From positions 1-64,000 of IMG/VR virus record IMGVR_UViG_3300011445_000018: 64,000 nt of DNA. One strand, written 5' to 3'. Positions 48,076 through 58,048 of this stretch are shown here, in pieces (positions within the stretch are counted from its first letter, which is position 1; each line of letters begins with the position of its first letter). This DNA comes from a virus. Below the pieces are notes generated by a model. That model did not search any database, was not told where the DNA came from, and saw nothing but the letters and a program-made list of their open reading frames with translations. The translations under genes were made by a program, and so were the position numbers.

Positions 48076-48553
48076 TTTAGCACACTTTTTTGTCAATCAT
48101 TTTGCACTTTTTTGCACACTTTTTTGACAAAAATTTAAACGCCATTAGCGGCTCGCCTGACGGTGCTCGCCGAAGGCGTGTCGACAGTCGCAGGGCCGCT
48201 CGTTCGCCTACCTGTGTCAATGCGCGGAGCGTTCCCGGTCATCCTACGCGGTACGCCGGTCACCTACGTGGGAACTGACTGGCACGACCTTGGCTCCTAT
48301 TCTTCCCCCTACTATCTTACATACTCTCTTTTTTTTCGATGGTCTAAGGATATAGAGAGAGTAGAGTCAGTCAGTAAGGAAACGTAAACGCGCATGGCGT
48401 AAGGACTTACGTCGATTGGGCATAATTGCCTATCTTACCCATCCCTATCCATATTGCCTATCGTTCACATTTAGCCAAATGGGCACCGTAAAAAAGTTTG
48501 TCAAAAAAGTGTGCTAGAAAGTGAAAATTGCTTGTCAAAAAAGTGTGCTAAAA
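48076..48553. repeat. Four T(A/T)GCACACTTTTTTG(A/T)CAA boxes as inverted doublets
   Basis: Forward at 48076-48096 and 48111-48131; reverse at 48497-48516 and 48532-48553. Confidence 0.82.
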
Positions 48554-48578
48554 TGGTGCTTAAACACGTAAGGTAAAT

Positions 48579-48896
48579 CTATGTAGTCAATTTGACTACA
48601 GTCTTTGGGCTAAATGACATAATTCCGAGCAAAGCACCCTTTTCATAAGTCATTTTCTGCCCGAAATTGATAATCCTAACAAAAGGTAGGTGTACAGCGT
48701 AACAAAAAACATCTCCTGTACACTGTAAATGCACCAAAAAACCTAAAATATTGAACGCACTTTCCAAATTAAAGCCCAAATCCATGGTATAAATGCCTCC
48801 CATGTCTATCACAAATGGCTCGTTGACAAAAATCTGTAACGTAGTGCTATCCAGTTGCTTAGGTAGGTAACGTGTTGATACATTTATCAGCTTCAT
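48579..48896 (-). CDS. Degenerate dUTPase-fold-like protein
   Basis: FVIDMGGIYTMDLGFNLE and VRIINFGQKMTYEKGALLGIMSF echo dUTPase scaffold segments, but the catalytic motifs are absent. Confidence 0.35.
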   Translation of the reverse strand: MKLINVSTRYLPKQLDSTTLQIFVNEPFVIDMGGIYTMDLGFNLESAFNILGFLVHLQCTGDVFCYAVHLPFVRIINFGQKMTYEKGALLGIMSFSPKTVVKLTT

Positions 48897-49134
48897 CTAT
48901 TAGTTCCTGTAACTTTTTATGAATGGCATTACGTGCCAAGTCAGCTATTCTAGCCATTTGTCGCTCGTTCGAGCGTTCATGGTCCAGCGTTCGCTCGTTC
49001 GAGCGTTCATGTTCCAGCGTTCGAGCGTTCACAAAATATTCCTCCAGCCAATCTAAAATATGGTCCGCTTCATCAATATTGTTGCACGCTAAATGCACTA
49101 TACTGCCACATCTCGATATTGTTGGTTGTATCAT
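48859..49134 (-). CDS. Hypothetical protein with internal repeat (RTL.HERSNE x2)
   Basis: The repeat is encoded by clustered AGCGTTC motifs. Confidence 0.5.
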   Translation of the reverse strand: MIQPTISRCGSIVHLACNNIDEADHILDWLEEYFVNARTLEHERSNERTLDHERSNERQMARIADLARNAIHKKLQELIDEADKCINTLPT

Positions 49135-49355
49135 AACAAACGTACAGTTGTCCGACTGTTTTGAATGACAAAATGCTCGAAATACCCCTCTTTCGGGGGG
49201 TAATTAGCGATATGCGACGTTTCAAGTACGCGTAAAATGGCATCAACATCAGTTAATGGAAGAAAAGTGACCCCATAATCCAATGTTAGATCGTCATTTT
49301 CCCTACAAAAGAGTATTTTATTACTCCTCACGCAACGAAACATTGCCTGTCGCAT
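49131..49355 (-). CDS. Hypothetical protein
   Basis: Overlapping operon spacing. Confidence 0.5.
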   Translation of the reverse strand: MRQAMFRCVRSNKILFCRENDDLTLDYGVTFLPLTDVDAILRVLETSHIANYPPKEGYFEHFVIQNSRTTVRLL

Positions 49356-49617
49356 AGTCTTTCACCCGCTCAAGGTATTTATCCTTCCTTAAATTCGACA
49401 AACAGCGTAAAATCTCATCCTCAGGCATACGTATTGACGTCCGATGACGTATAATTGCACAGAATTCCATACATTCCGTAGGATGGAAGAGGAATTGCTC
49501 TACCGTAGTGTGTTTCGGCTCGTAATCTCTCCACCATAAGCGTGCTACCTCGAAGAAAAAATCCTCAGTTTCCTTTTTCCAACCGTAAATTGCTAATCGA
49601 TCACTGATTTTCATCAT
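49321..49617 (-). CDS. Hypothetical protein
   Basis: GAGGG RBS; operon context. Confidence 0.55.
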   Translation of the reverse strand: MMKISDRLAIYGWKKETEDFFFEVARLWWRDYEPKHTTVEQFLFHPTECMEFCAIIRHRTSIRMPEDEILRCLSNLRKDKYLERVKDYATGNVSLREE

Positions 49618-49687
49618 TGTTCGTTGGTCCCTCGTTCATTGTTAATGTTTTAGCGTTCGCTGGCCCGAGCGTTCACGGAACGCTATT

Positions 49688-50530
49688 CTAGCGTTCAGCG
49701 TTCATGAAATTAGGTTCAGATTGTACAATTTTCATGGCTTCAATCAAACATTTGTTAATTTTAGTACCCTGAAACAAAGATTTTAAACGATTCTCCTCCG
49801 TTCGACCGTAATCGAAATTATAATAACTATTTATTGCATTGTAAGCTCCCCATAATGTGTCCTCTGTGTAATATACCTTTATTTTCTCAATAACGCTGGT
49901 ACGAGCGTTCCCTAAACAAGCTTTCCAGTATTCAATGGCCAATGATAATGTCATTTCATGATATGTAAGTGGCCACATACTAGCAATCTCACGATCAATA
50001 TACTTAAATTGCGAAACAACATCATCTACAAATCGACCGACTTTTTCCTCAGCGTTCAAAGTATGGCGAAATTTGCTCATGTATTTACCAATAGTTGGTA
50101 ACATATTTGAACAAGTAAGCCTGTAAGGTAAAATGCCAGCTTGAATTGATGTATGTCCATTGTGACCATTCATAAGTAAGAGGTAACATTGAATAGCGTC
50201 CCCTCGTACATTGTACATTTGATCCACTAATTTTAACATACACCAAACACGAGCACCATTGTCCAATGTACCAATACTATCCAATCGACCAATATTTCGT
50301 GTAACAATTTCCGAGCTAATCAAAGCTAGTATTTCGTTTTGTAGTGGCTTGAATTTCTTCCGACACATTCCTAAGACAGCTCGGTTGTCAGTACGCAGAA
50401 TATAGTAATATCCCTTGGCCGCTATTCCGTTTATTAAGAACCCTTGTTCCACGTCAACGATGAAATTAGCTCCTGCTTCCTTGAAAGCTGTTCCAACGTT
50501 CAAACAATCACTAACATCTATTCCTATCAT
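49688..50530 (-). CDS. DUF932-family phage/plasmid protein
   Basis: LRTDN..VLG....F.PLQN, G.LDNGARVW, YLLLMNGHNG..S...PYRLTCSN, TLWGAYNAI. Confidence 0.8.
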   Translation of the reverse strand: MIGIDVSDCLNVGTAFKEAGANFIVDVEQGFLINGIAAKGYYYILRTDNRAVLGMCRKKFKPLQNEILALISSEIVTRNIGRLDSIGTLDNGARVWCMLKLVDQMYNVRGDAIQCYLLLMNGHNGHTSIQAGILPYRLTCSNMLPTIGKYMSKFRHTLNAEEKVGRFVDDVVSQFKYIDREIASMWPLTYHEMTLSLAIEYWKACLGNARTSVIEKIKVYYTEDTLWGAYNAINSYYNFDYGRTEENRLKSLFQGTKINKCLIEAMKIVQSEPNFMNAER

Positions 50531-50827
50531 AATTAATTACTCTTTATTCTCATTGGTACTAATATTTCGCCGGTACAAGGTAATAATGTCCCACACGTAG
50601 GACACCAATACATGCTATCAGTTGATATTTTACAATCCATTTTTGTCAAAACACATGAACATGTAGGACACGCTCGTTCCATACCCACTGTTTCAGCGTT
50701 CGAGCGTTCAGCGTTCGCTGTTCCAGCATTTTCTATTAAACAAGTAGTGCTACAAATAAAATCTCCTGGGTAAACAAAAGTTTTAAGATCTTTAACATGT
50801 CCACAAATTCGACATTGAGCTATATAT

Positions 50828-51763
50828 TTAATGGAACATATCCTTTAGCCAACTTTCGCCATTAGTATATGCCGCGTATTGAGTGTCCAAAATACCACAT
50901 CTAGCGATCGATTCCTCAAGCGTTCGCTCACGAAAGAAATGAAATGGTTCGCTAAAAATAATATCCCACAAAGCTTTGTAACATTCCAATGTTTTAATTT
51001 GAAAGGTGGGATTAATTTGACATCGATGTTCCGCAACCCTAATATTACCATGTGAACAGCAAAGCTGATCGACCGCTACAATAAAGAACGATCCAACGGG
51101 TGCTCCACAAAGCCAGGCGTAAGTTGTTAATTGTTGCGACCATGCTGCATCAATGTCATCAAAGAACTCCGCAATATTCAAACGTACGCCATTAATACGA
51201 CTTATTTGTGCCTTAGAGTGTGGACCATCTTGATTGTTCCCTGGTCCACGTACCCGTATATAACCACGTTTTGGCGATACGGGGTAATTTGAACAATATC
51301 CGTTTACTTTGAAATCGAGTATTATTGGTACGTTGTTACGATCAACATACCAAACGTCTGGTTTCCCAAGTAATTTCACACCCTCAACCGTCCCTTCAAC
51401 AGTGAACTCAAATCGCGGTGTAGCAGTCGCTGCCATCAATTCCACCAGCAGGTCCGCTAATGCTCCGCACGATTTATATGCTTCAAAGCAAACCAACCCA
51501 GCCTTGCGAGCGAAATCGCGATTACAAGCTTCCACTTGTGTCTCGAAAATTGATGCCAACTCGAATTGTGGGTCTAACCTACCCATTACCCGCTCAAATA
51601 AATAACTTTTCACGTATGCATCGAACGCTGAACCCACCGACATCGGTTCAGTTTGAGGCTCCCTGGGTGGGCTGTTATCAGCTAGATAATGTAGATAATA
51701 ATCCTCCTCCCCGTATTGATATTTCGCAAGAGCGGACGGACTTATAAATCTTGGATATCGCAT
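50828..51763 (-). CDS. PD-(D/E)XK exonuclease (RecB/RecE-like)
   Basis: ISPSAL, MSVGSAFD, LLGKPDV, IILDFKV, QLTTY. Confidence 0.7.
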   Translation of the reverse strand: MRYPRFISPSALAKYQYGEEDYYLHYLADNSPPREPQTEPMSVGSAFDAYVKSYLFERVMGRLDPQFELASIFETQVEACNRDFARKAGLVCFEAYKSCGALADLLVELMAATATPRFEFTVEGTVEGVKLLGKPDVWYVDRNNVPIILDFKVNGYCSNYPVSPKRGYIRVRGPGNNQDGPHSKAQISRINGVRLNIAEFFDDIDAAWSQQLTTYAWLCGAPVGSFFIVAVDQLCCSHGNIRVAEHRCQINPTFQIKTLECYKALWDIIFSEPFHFFRERTLEESIARCGILDTQYAAYTNGESWLKDMFH

Positions 51764-52233
51764 AATCCACTTGTACTCCCACCAAATGACTCGCTATAGT
51801 AAAATAACGCCTTACCCTGTCCCTTAACCAGCTTCTTGCACATCTCTTCTATTCTGTTAAATGTACCAATAATAGGCTCCTCTTCATAATAAATTACATC
51901 ATCAAATTCATATGGCCAGCAACTAAGTCGTTGACCAGCGATCAAGCCTTTAGTGTAATGTTTATCACGTAAATCAACGCCCGTATCCGCGAACAGTGCA
52001 TGAGCGTTCGTGTGCCACGGTCCGATTAATGATACTGACCCACCATCAATTAATGGAAAAGTGATCGTGCGTCCAGCGAACCCCGTTCGATCGTTCGTTT
52101 GACAATAGATGAATTCCGCCCGCTCAGGTACATAAAGCCAAGTAGTACTACCCTCAATAATTTTAACATATTTTCGGTGCTCAGCTTCATATGAACCACA
52201 TAACATTGGCTTATTTAATATTACTTTTTTCAT
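51742..52233 (-). CDS. Hypothetical protein
   Basis: Operon coupling; GFAGR motif. Confidence 0.55.
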   Translation of the reverse strand: MKKVILNKPMLCGSYEAEHRKYVKIIEGSTTWLYVPERAEFIYCQTNDRTGFAGRTITFPLIDGGSVSLIGPWHTNAHALFADTGVDLRDKHYTKGLIAGQRLSCWPYEFDDVIYYEEEPIIGTFNRIEEMCKKLVKGQGKALFYYSESFGGSTSGLCDIQDL

Positions 52234-52475
52234 ACACTCTCCATTAATTTGTAAAGATTCTCATCTTTAAAAACAATTCCTTCATCAGTCATTTGCATCA
52301 TTAAGAAATAAAATTTCACTCCACGTAATGTAGTTAGATGTTGTAATTCAAAAGCTGATAATTCCCCATATTTCTCTAATAATAAAATTATTAATTTATG
52401 CTCTATCCTGGTCCGGCGTACATGGTTCCTTATAATCATATAAATAATCAATAGTATTAATAATATATAAAACAT
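52230..52475 (-). CDS. Hypothetical membrane-anchored protein
   Basis: N-terminal TM segment. Confidence 0.5.
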   Translation of the reverse strand: MFYILLILLIIYMIIRNHVRRTRIEHKLIILLLEKYGELSAFELQHLTTLRGVKFYFLMMQMTDEGIVFKDENLYKLMESV

Positions 52476-52711
52476 TAGTTATCCTCTACATTAGGTTGCG
52501 TGGCATCGAAAGCTTTCAATGTCCTCACATATTTATCAAAAACAGGTAACGCTGTTTCTGGCTGTCGTAAGAAATTGTAATATGGGTCATACCCTGTTTG
52601 TTGTGCGAAAATAAATAAAACGCATTCCTCATGCGTAATGTTTTCCTTTAACATTTTAAGTAGAGGTGCGAAATGATCCATGTGCATTTTAATAAGTTCC
52701 TCGCGGGTCAT
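52475..52711 (-). CDS. Hypothetical protein
   Basis: AAGGA RBS. Confidence 0.55.
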   Translation of the reverse strand: MTREELIKMHMDHFAPLLKMLKENITHEECVLFIFAQQTGYDPYYNFLRQPETALPVFDKYVRTLKAFDATQPNVEDN

Positions 52712-52842
52712 AATTTATCCTTTTCATAGCGATCCTCGAACCTGAAACAGCTATAACACCACCAACGCACGTACCAGCGTTCTCGGAACAGTACCCTTTC
52801 TTCTTGTGCAAACATAGGTCCATCACATTTTACACAAATCAT
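52708..52842 (-). CDS. 44-aa zinc-ribbon protein (below the ORF-track cutoff)
   Basis: MICVKCDGPMF...WWCYSCFRFEDRYEKDKL; ATGA-coupled at both ends. Confidence 0.55.
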   Translation of the reverse strand: MICVKCDGPMFAQEERVLFRERWYVRWWCYSCFRFEDRYEKDKL

Positions 52843-53081
52843 ATTCGCTCCCAGTGTTCAAATGTCGTACGATGCCAAAAATATGCCCAAGGATGCTGTC
52901 GATCATCAACCTGTACATGGAAACCAGGGAACATGAACTCATCGTTTATTGGAATGATGTGATTGAACCACTGGCCGAGAGCCGTGTGACCCTGTAATAT
53001 TGGTAAGTCACCTATGTATTTATATCTATTCATCATAACCTGTTGGAACCTCCGTTGCTTTGTTACGTTTAATAATGGCAC
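52839..53081 (-). CDS. Hypothetical protein
   Basis: Likely start at MMNRYK. Confidence 0.5.
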   Translation of the reverse strand: MPLLNVTKQRRFQQVMMNRYKYIGDLPILQGHTALGQWFNHIIPINDEFMFPGFHVQVDDRQHPWAYFWHRTTFEHWERI

Positions 53082-53871
53082 CCTTTATTGGCACAATACG
53101 TAGGTCGCGTTTACCTGGACCGCACCAACGGTGACCAAAATGTGGGTGTCTGTAATGCGGCGATATTTCAATATGTGATCCGACGTTCCAACCTACAACA
53201 CCATTACGCTTTGCACGTTCAATAATTTCATTATTTATTACTTTTGATGCATCGCGTTTCAATACTATTTGTTCAATTAGATCAGGTTCATTGAACATTA
53301 GTCCGAGCATTATAACCATTTTCACACCATTAACACACGAACCGTATTCCTCATCATTTAATCCACCTTTCGGCAAATCATCTAATGATTGTTCAATGGT
53401 CTCGTATCCTTGGATAGGAAAAACAAGTCTGTTATAAACAGGTAAATTTTCGTTATCTATTTCACCTGTGAAAGTATAGATTTTCAGTCCCGGAACACCG
53501 TCCGAAAGTACGCGGCTCGATAGAACAGTTTGTATGCCACCCAGTTCATGTCCGATAGCAAAACGTATGTTCAAGCATTCAGGTAACAGCATTATTTTTT
53601 GCTTAACGATGTCACATGAAATATCTAACTTTGTTTTTATTAACCCTTCACCTATAAAAGGCCAGACATTGAAAAATGGTCTGCGTAAATGTATCCAATT
53701 GATTTCCGTTGCAGCCTGATAGGCTAGCACTCGTTCATTAGTAATTACACTATCTTTGTATTTCCTATAAAGATATTCATAATATCGTAATTGTTCATCA
53801 CGATTCATTTCACGTATGTCACCACGTTTTGAGAAAATCTCATAAATTGTTTTATATGTGTGCCAGTTCAC
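53026..53871 (-). CDS. Hypothetical protein
   Basis: C-terminal SPHYRHPHF..RWCGPGK motif common in phage proteins. Confidence 0.65.
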   Translation of the reverse strand: MNWHTYKTIYEIFSKRGDIREMNRDEQLRYYEYLYRKYKDSVITNERVLAYQAATEINWIHLRRPFFNVWPFIGEGLIKTKLDISCDIVKQKIMLLPECLNIRFAIGHELGGIQTVLSSRVLSDGVPGLKIYTFTGEIDNENLPVYNRLVFPIQGYETIEQSLDDLPKGGLNDEEYGSCVNGVKMVIMLGLMFNEPDLIEQIVLKRDASKVINNEIIERAKRNGVVGWNVGSHIEISPHYRHPHFGHRWCGPGKRDLRIVPIKGAIIKRNKATEVPTGYDE

Positions 53872-54269
53872 GTAACACGTCTTTCAATAATAACTTTGTT
53901 AGCAACAGTTAGGTCTGATTTACGGCCCTCTGGACATGTTTGATCGTCCACTGACGTTGGTCCAGCGTTCGAGTAAATTGGTTGACTCAAATCGAATCCC
54001 TCGTACGCTATTGCACCGTCTTTGCCATAACTATTACCATCAATTAACATAACAATATCATCAGCATGATACTTGTTATCATTAACACTCCGTGAACGAT
54101 AGAACTCATATTCCTTAACAGTACCAATAGCATAACATGGACAGCATTCTACCGGCTCATCTTCATTTGGTGGTGGATCAGCGATCTGAATTGCTTGAGT
54201 TAATTCAGCTTCGTTCATTTGAACTAATACCTTTAACAAATCACCATAAGTCTTTATTTTGTGTATCAT
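53868..54269 (-). CDS. Hypothetical protein
   Basis: Operon coupling. Confidence 0.55.
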   Translation of the reverse strand: MIHKIKTYGDLLKVLVQMNEAELTQAIQIADPPPNEDEPVECCPCYAIGTVKEYEFYRSRSVNDNKYHADDIVMLIDGNSYGKDGAIAYEGFDLSQPIYSNAGPTSVDDQTCPEGRKSDLTVANKVIIERRVT

Positions 54270-54287
54270 AATAAATCAATAGCTTTG

Positions 54288-54845
54288 TTAAATGGTTTTG
54301 AGATCCGATACTTTCAGTATCGATAGTAAAGGTACGCCTAGAGCCTCTTCCGCCCCTTCTTCGCGGTCCACAATAACAGCACAAGCTGCAACATGTAAGT
54401 TGTGCGATACTAATATATCACGTACCTTACACAATGATTTACCGGTCGTTGCAACATCATCAATTAGTATCACCCGCTGTCCCGCTTTATATATTCCCTC
54501 GATATCTCGAAGCGAACCATGCATCCTATGCTCAGTTCTAACATAGATCGCATTAATAGCGGCCCAGGTAACGCTCAAACGCTGTAACATCGCTCCTGTT
54601 AGAAATAACCCACTCGTTATTACTCCACAAAAGAGATCATTTCTAGTTAATTCCAAGGAATGTTGCGTAAGTAACTGTGTAAAACACGTAGTGATAAGAT
54701 GTATGGTACGCGATTGTAGCATACAAGGTCGCATGTCAATATAGAAATCGCTTTCCTTTCCACTTGATAGTTTGAATTGCCCCTTTTTGAACCAACCATT
54801 ATCAATTATTGCTTTAATTAGTAGTTCTTTATCTGTCACGATCAA
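54288..54845 (-). CDS. pyrE: Orotate phosphoribosyltransferase
   Basis: GQFKLSSGKESDFYIDMR, PRPP loop VILIDDVATTGKS, IVDREEG. Confidence 0.85.
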   Translation of the reverse strand: MIVTDKELLIKAIIDNGWFKKGQFKLSSGKESDFYIDMRPCMLQSRTIHLITTCFTQLLTQHSLELTRNDLFCGVITSGLFLTGAMLQRLSVTWAAINAIYVRTEHRMHGSLRDIEGIYKAGQRVILIDDVATTGKSLCKVRDILVSHNLHVAACAVIVDREEGAEEALGVPLLSILKVSDLKTI

Positions 54846-55101
54846 TCCTCTCTATTTCCGCTATTAACAAGGCCGCCGCACGTACCATATTACTTCTATG
54901 ATCCTTCGGCTTTATATCACTCCACCCCTCTGGCCACAATCGTTCAGCGTTCTTTGGTTGATAATCAATGATACAGTACGCTGCTGCCGCGAACGCTAGT
55001 TCACAGTCATCGTTAATTATATCATCATGCTTTTCATCGTAACCCTCCACGTTTATTTGGCGTTCACGTTCCATTCCCACATCAAAAAGTGCTTTGAGCA
55101 T
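54829..55101 (-). CDS. Conserved phage hypothetical protein
   Basis: ERERQI..EG....HDD...ELA.AAAAY...WP...VRAAALLIAEIERIDR. Confidence 0.7.
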   Translation of the reverse strand: MLKALFDVGMERERQINVEGYDEKHDDIINDDCELAFAAAAYCIIDYQPKNAERLWPEGWSDIKPKDHRSNMVRAAALLIAEIERIDRDR

Positions 55102-55367
55102 TAGATATCAAGCTCCTTTGCTAAAGCTAACACTTCTTCATAAGTATGCTGGTCATTGTACGTACCAACTGGTACACCTACTTCGCTAGTCACTTTACGT
55201 ATAATGGCCATTTGTTGCTGACCGCTGTAACACTTGCAAATGGCACCCAGTAGGCACCAACAAACAGCTGCTTTCCCCACCACGGAACATGAATCGCCAT
55301 TAGCGTCCCTCGCACATGTTCCTTGCGTCCACTGACTAGCACCATTTAATAATTCATGTATTTTCAT
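55101..55367 (-). CDS. DUF6197-like protein, paralog 1
   Basis: WTQG..ARD..G...AVCWCLLGAI..CY...ND. Confidence 0.65.
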   Translation of the reverse strand: MKIHELLNGASQWTQGTCARDANGDSCSVVGKAAVCWCLLGAICKCYSGQQQMAIIRKVTSEVGVPVGTYNDQHTYEEVLALAKELDI

Positions 55368-55380
55368 AATAAATCACTTA

Positions 55381-55665
55381 TTAACAATCGTTTACTTGGA
55401 ATGTTGCACCTAAATCTGCTACCAAATGTTTGAATTCAGGCTCGAAATGTTCAGAAAGGGCCGCTCTACCTACACCTACAATAGTTTGACTGCCACAACC
55501 TGCACATTCAAACAAATCGCCGCTCCATAACTTGTATGGCACCCACTTCTCTGCTTCAATTGTTCCAGGTTGTACGTTATTACCCTTGGGCATTCCTTCA
55601 AGGAAATAGATCCCTGTTTTAATACATTTATAAAATCGTTGACATTTAATACAAATCGGTTTCAT
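55381..55665 (-). CDS. Zinc-ribbon protein
   Basis: CIKC...CAGC. Confidence 0.55.
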   Translation of the reverse strand: MKPICIKCQRFYKCIKTGIYFLEGMPKGNNVQPGTIEAEKWVPYKLWSGDLFECAGCGSQTIVGVGRAALSEHFEPEFKHLVADLGATFQVNDC

Positions 55666-55667
55666 AT

Positions 55668-56525
55668 TTACACCCTTTTTGTTATATTTTCACCAGCGAC
55701 CATCTTACGCAATTGCAACCATCCCGGATCGTAATTTCCCCAATCATTTAATTCGTTATAATGACAAGCCATTGCAGGATGCTCCAATGGACTAGCGTGC
55801 ATGGGATAGTGTCCTGCTAATCGTTCATACAATTTCACATCCTCCTTCAAGTCACGCTTCCCCTCGTGCGTGAGATAGCTAACCCTAGCACATCGTCCAG
55901 CGGATACTTTCGCATAATAAGGTATATCATCAACACTAATTTTCGGACCATTTGGTATGTCATCGACCAGTGGTAAATGCCACTCGCCCCAATCAACAGC
56001 GTCCGGCGTACTTTGATCGTAGGCCGCTCGGGCTTTGTAAGCTAGATCCTGGAAATGTGGTTCAGCGTCCTTATGACACCGTAAAGCAAACAAATTCTCG
56101 AAATTAGTAGCAGAAACAATGATGGTGATCCACATCCAAGGTTCGAGTAACCTATTCGCTAATTGCTTGTGTAGGCCAATACGTTCCATTTCTTTCGCTG
56201 CCACAATAGCACTATCTCGTGCTGTTAGCCAATAAAAAAGAGCTAGACGCTTTTGCTCATCGCCTAATTCCTCGGATGCTTGCATACCTTTCTGATTCTT
56301 TCCCCAATGAATCGGTATAACCGGATCGTTGATCACGCGTTCGATCATCTTTGCTAGAGGTATAGCTCTGCTGCTGGCACTATTACGACTTAATTTACGG
56401 TGAGTCATAATCTCCGAGTGTATGAAACGTGGATACGTCCATTCCATAGTGGTAAGACGACAATTATTTGGTGCAATACTATCTTTGAGAATTTTAGCTG
56501 CGATCACGTAAAAACTCCAATTCAT
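55668..56525 (-). CDS. thyX: FAD-dependent thymidylate synthase
   Basis: YPRFIHSEIMTHRKLSRNSASSRAIP, HKQLANRLLEPW, N.FALRCH.DA.P, RCARVSY, HASPLEH. Confidence 0.88.
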   Translation of the reverse strand: MNWSFYVIAAKILKDSIAPNNCRLTTMEWTYPRFIHSEIMTHRKLSRNSASSRAIPLAKMIERVINDPVIPIHWGKNQKGMQASEELGDEQKRLALFYWLTARDSAIVAAKEMERIGLHKQLANRLLEPWMWITIIVSATNFENLFALRCHKDAEPHFQDLAYKARAAYDQSTPDAVDWGEWHLPLVDDIPNGPKISVDDIPYYAKVSAGRCARVSYLTHEGKRDLKEDVKLYERLAGHYPMHASPLEHPAMACHYNELNDWGNYDPGWLQLRKMVAGENITKRV

Positions 56526-56775
56526 CTATCATTTCTTGTGTTATTTCATCTTTTGTATTATCAAAACGTTCTATTGTCAATTCCATATTATAAACAATTG
56601 GCACCTTGTATGTACGAAAAAGAAACAAACTAGTTACTGCTTTTATGTTATGTTCCTCGGTACAAATGAGAGCGGTATAAGTAGCACGTTTATCAGTAAC
56701 ACTAGCAAGTACCACATACCGCTTATCACGAAACTCTATTACATTACCACATTTTAAATCCTCAGCATTTGTCAT
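56494..56775 (-). CDS. Hypothetical protein
   Basis: Operon coupling. Confidence 0.5.
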   Translation of the reverse strand: MTNAEDLKCGNVIEFRDKRYVVLASVTDKRATYTALICTEEHNIKAVTSLFLFRTYKVPIVYNMELTIERFDNTKDEITQEMIDELEFLRDRS

Positions 56776-57047
56776 ATATCCATTTCCTTAACCAAAGATA
56801 TCACTTCTTCATAAGTAGCATTATCATTAAAAGCTATAGGCCCACAATTGTATTGTTCCGTTGTTTTAGCCGCTACTTTAGAATATACCATATTTTCAGT
56901 GTTAGGATAACATCTTCTAATGGCACCATGTAGGCACCAACAAATGGCATTTTCGCTGGTCGCTGGAACAGGTAGCCCTTGTCTGTCACGAGCGTAATAT
57001 TTTTGGGTCCAGCGTTCAGGCTTCAATAGTAACTCACTTATTTTCAT
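56772..57047 (-). CDS. DUF6197-like protein, paralog 2
   Basis: MKISELL...RWTQ...ARD...AICWCLHGAI..CY. Confidence 0.65.
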   Translation of the reverse strand: MKISELLLKPERWTQKYYARDRQGLPVPATSENAICWCLHGAIRRCYPNTENMVYSKVAAKTTEQYNCGPIAFNDNATYEEVISLVKEMDI

Positions 57048-57304
57048 ATATCCAACCTCTTTACTAATTTTAACACCATTTCATGAGAACTATTGTCATT
57101 GAAAGCAAAAAGACTATATATTTGTTCCTGTAATTTTTTTACTATTTCCCCTTTCTCAGATTCATAACACTTTATTACTGCCCCCATTAGGCACCAACAA
57201 ACAGCTTTTGGATCTTTAGGATCGGTTTTAAGACCATGATGATCCCTAGCCATAGCATGCTGGGTCCAGCGTTCAGCTTTCGATAGTAGCTCATTTATTT
57301 TCAT
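57044..57304 (-). CDS. DUF6197-like protein, paralog 3
   Basis: MKINELL...RWTQ...ARD...AVCWCLMGAV..CY. Start set by homology to the paralogs. Confidence 0.65.
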   Translation of the reverse strand: MKINELLSKAERWTQHAMARDHHGLKTDPKDPKAVCWCLMGAVIKCYESEKGEIVKKLQEQIYSLFAFNDNSSHEMVLKLVKRLDI

Positions 57305-57587
57305 TGATCCACACGTTTCTATTAATGCTTTCATTAACGAAATATAATTGATCGGGGTAATTATTAGCGAGCAATTGACAATGAACACTGGACGCTAGTT
57401 GTATTACACTTATGAAATTATTTGTTTGCTGGTGCTTCATCTGTGGCGAATGTCCAGCGATCACTACACCATTTCTACTCGCACTAACCTCGAAATAATC
57501 ACTTCCCCATCTGAAAACTGGACCATCCATTATTGTTTGTGTGAATTGGCAATCATAACCGAAATCATTCCTGAATGGTTTTTTCAT
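57291..57587 (-). CDS. Hypothetical protein
   Basis: Operon context. Confidence 0.45.
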   Translation of the reverse strand: MKKPFRNDFGYDCQFTQTIMDGPVFRWGSDYFEVSASRNGVVIAGHSPQMKHQQTNNFISVIQLASSVHCQLLANNYPDQLYFVNESINRNVWINENK

Positions 57588-57888
57588 GGTACATCGTATA
57601 TCGGGGTTTGGTTTTTGGTATGCTGTATTTTGTTGGCTTTAACAAAAACATTTTGTAGCCTAGTTCAGGATGCTCAATATCGTACATCTCCAATAAATTA
57701 ACAATTCGATCATCACTCTCCAGGAGCCATAAATCGAATTCCTCGCCAAAAGTAACGAGAACGATGGACGATGCACGATTCAGCTTTCGCCTATCAAAGA
57801 GACAGAATCCCTCGTATTTAACAGTGCCTGTACAATCTTTGATCTTAAAGCTAAAGGTTTTCGTAGATCGCATCGTAACATTCTCCAC
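57565..57888 (-). CDS. Hypothetical protein
   Basis: Operon context. Confidence 0.45.
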   Translation of the reverse strand: MENVTMRSTKTFSFKIKDCTGTVKYEGFCLFDRRKLNRASSIVLVTFGEEFDLWLLESDDRIVNLLEMYDIEHPELGYKMFLLKPTKYSIPKTKPRYTMYHEKTIQE

Positions 57889-58048
57889 AAATTCCGCTAA
57901 TCAACATTTCTCTTTTATCTGAACTAACGCTCGGTAAAGCTTGTTGTATTAACATGTTTCCGCGAATGAAATTCGCGTACTCTTGGTCGGGCAATTCAAT
58001 AACAATACGTTTGTTACATTTCTTACAGTTTTTTAATATTGTTTTCAT
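57851..58048 (-). CDS. Small zinc-binding protein
   Basis: CKKC...IQQALP...REMLISGICGEC. Confidence 0.6.
   Translation of the reverse strand: MKTILKNCKKCNKRIVIELPDQEYANFIRGNMLIQQALPSVSSDKREMLISGICGECYDAIYENL

Noticed and set aside
50828-51763. Cas4 call for the PD-(D/E)XK nuclease
   Set aside because: The four-Cys Fe-S arrangement is not evident and there is no CRISPR context.
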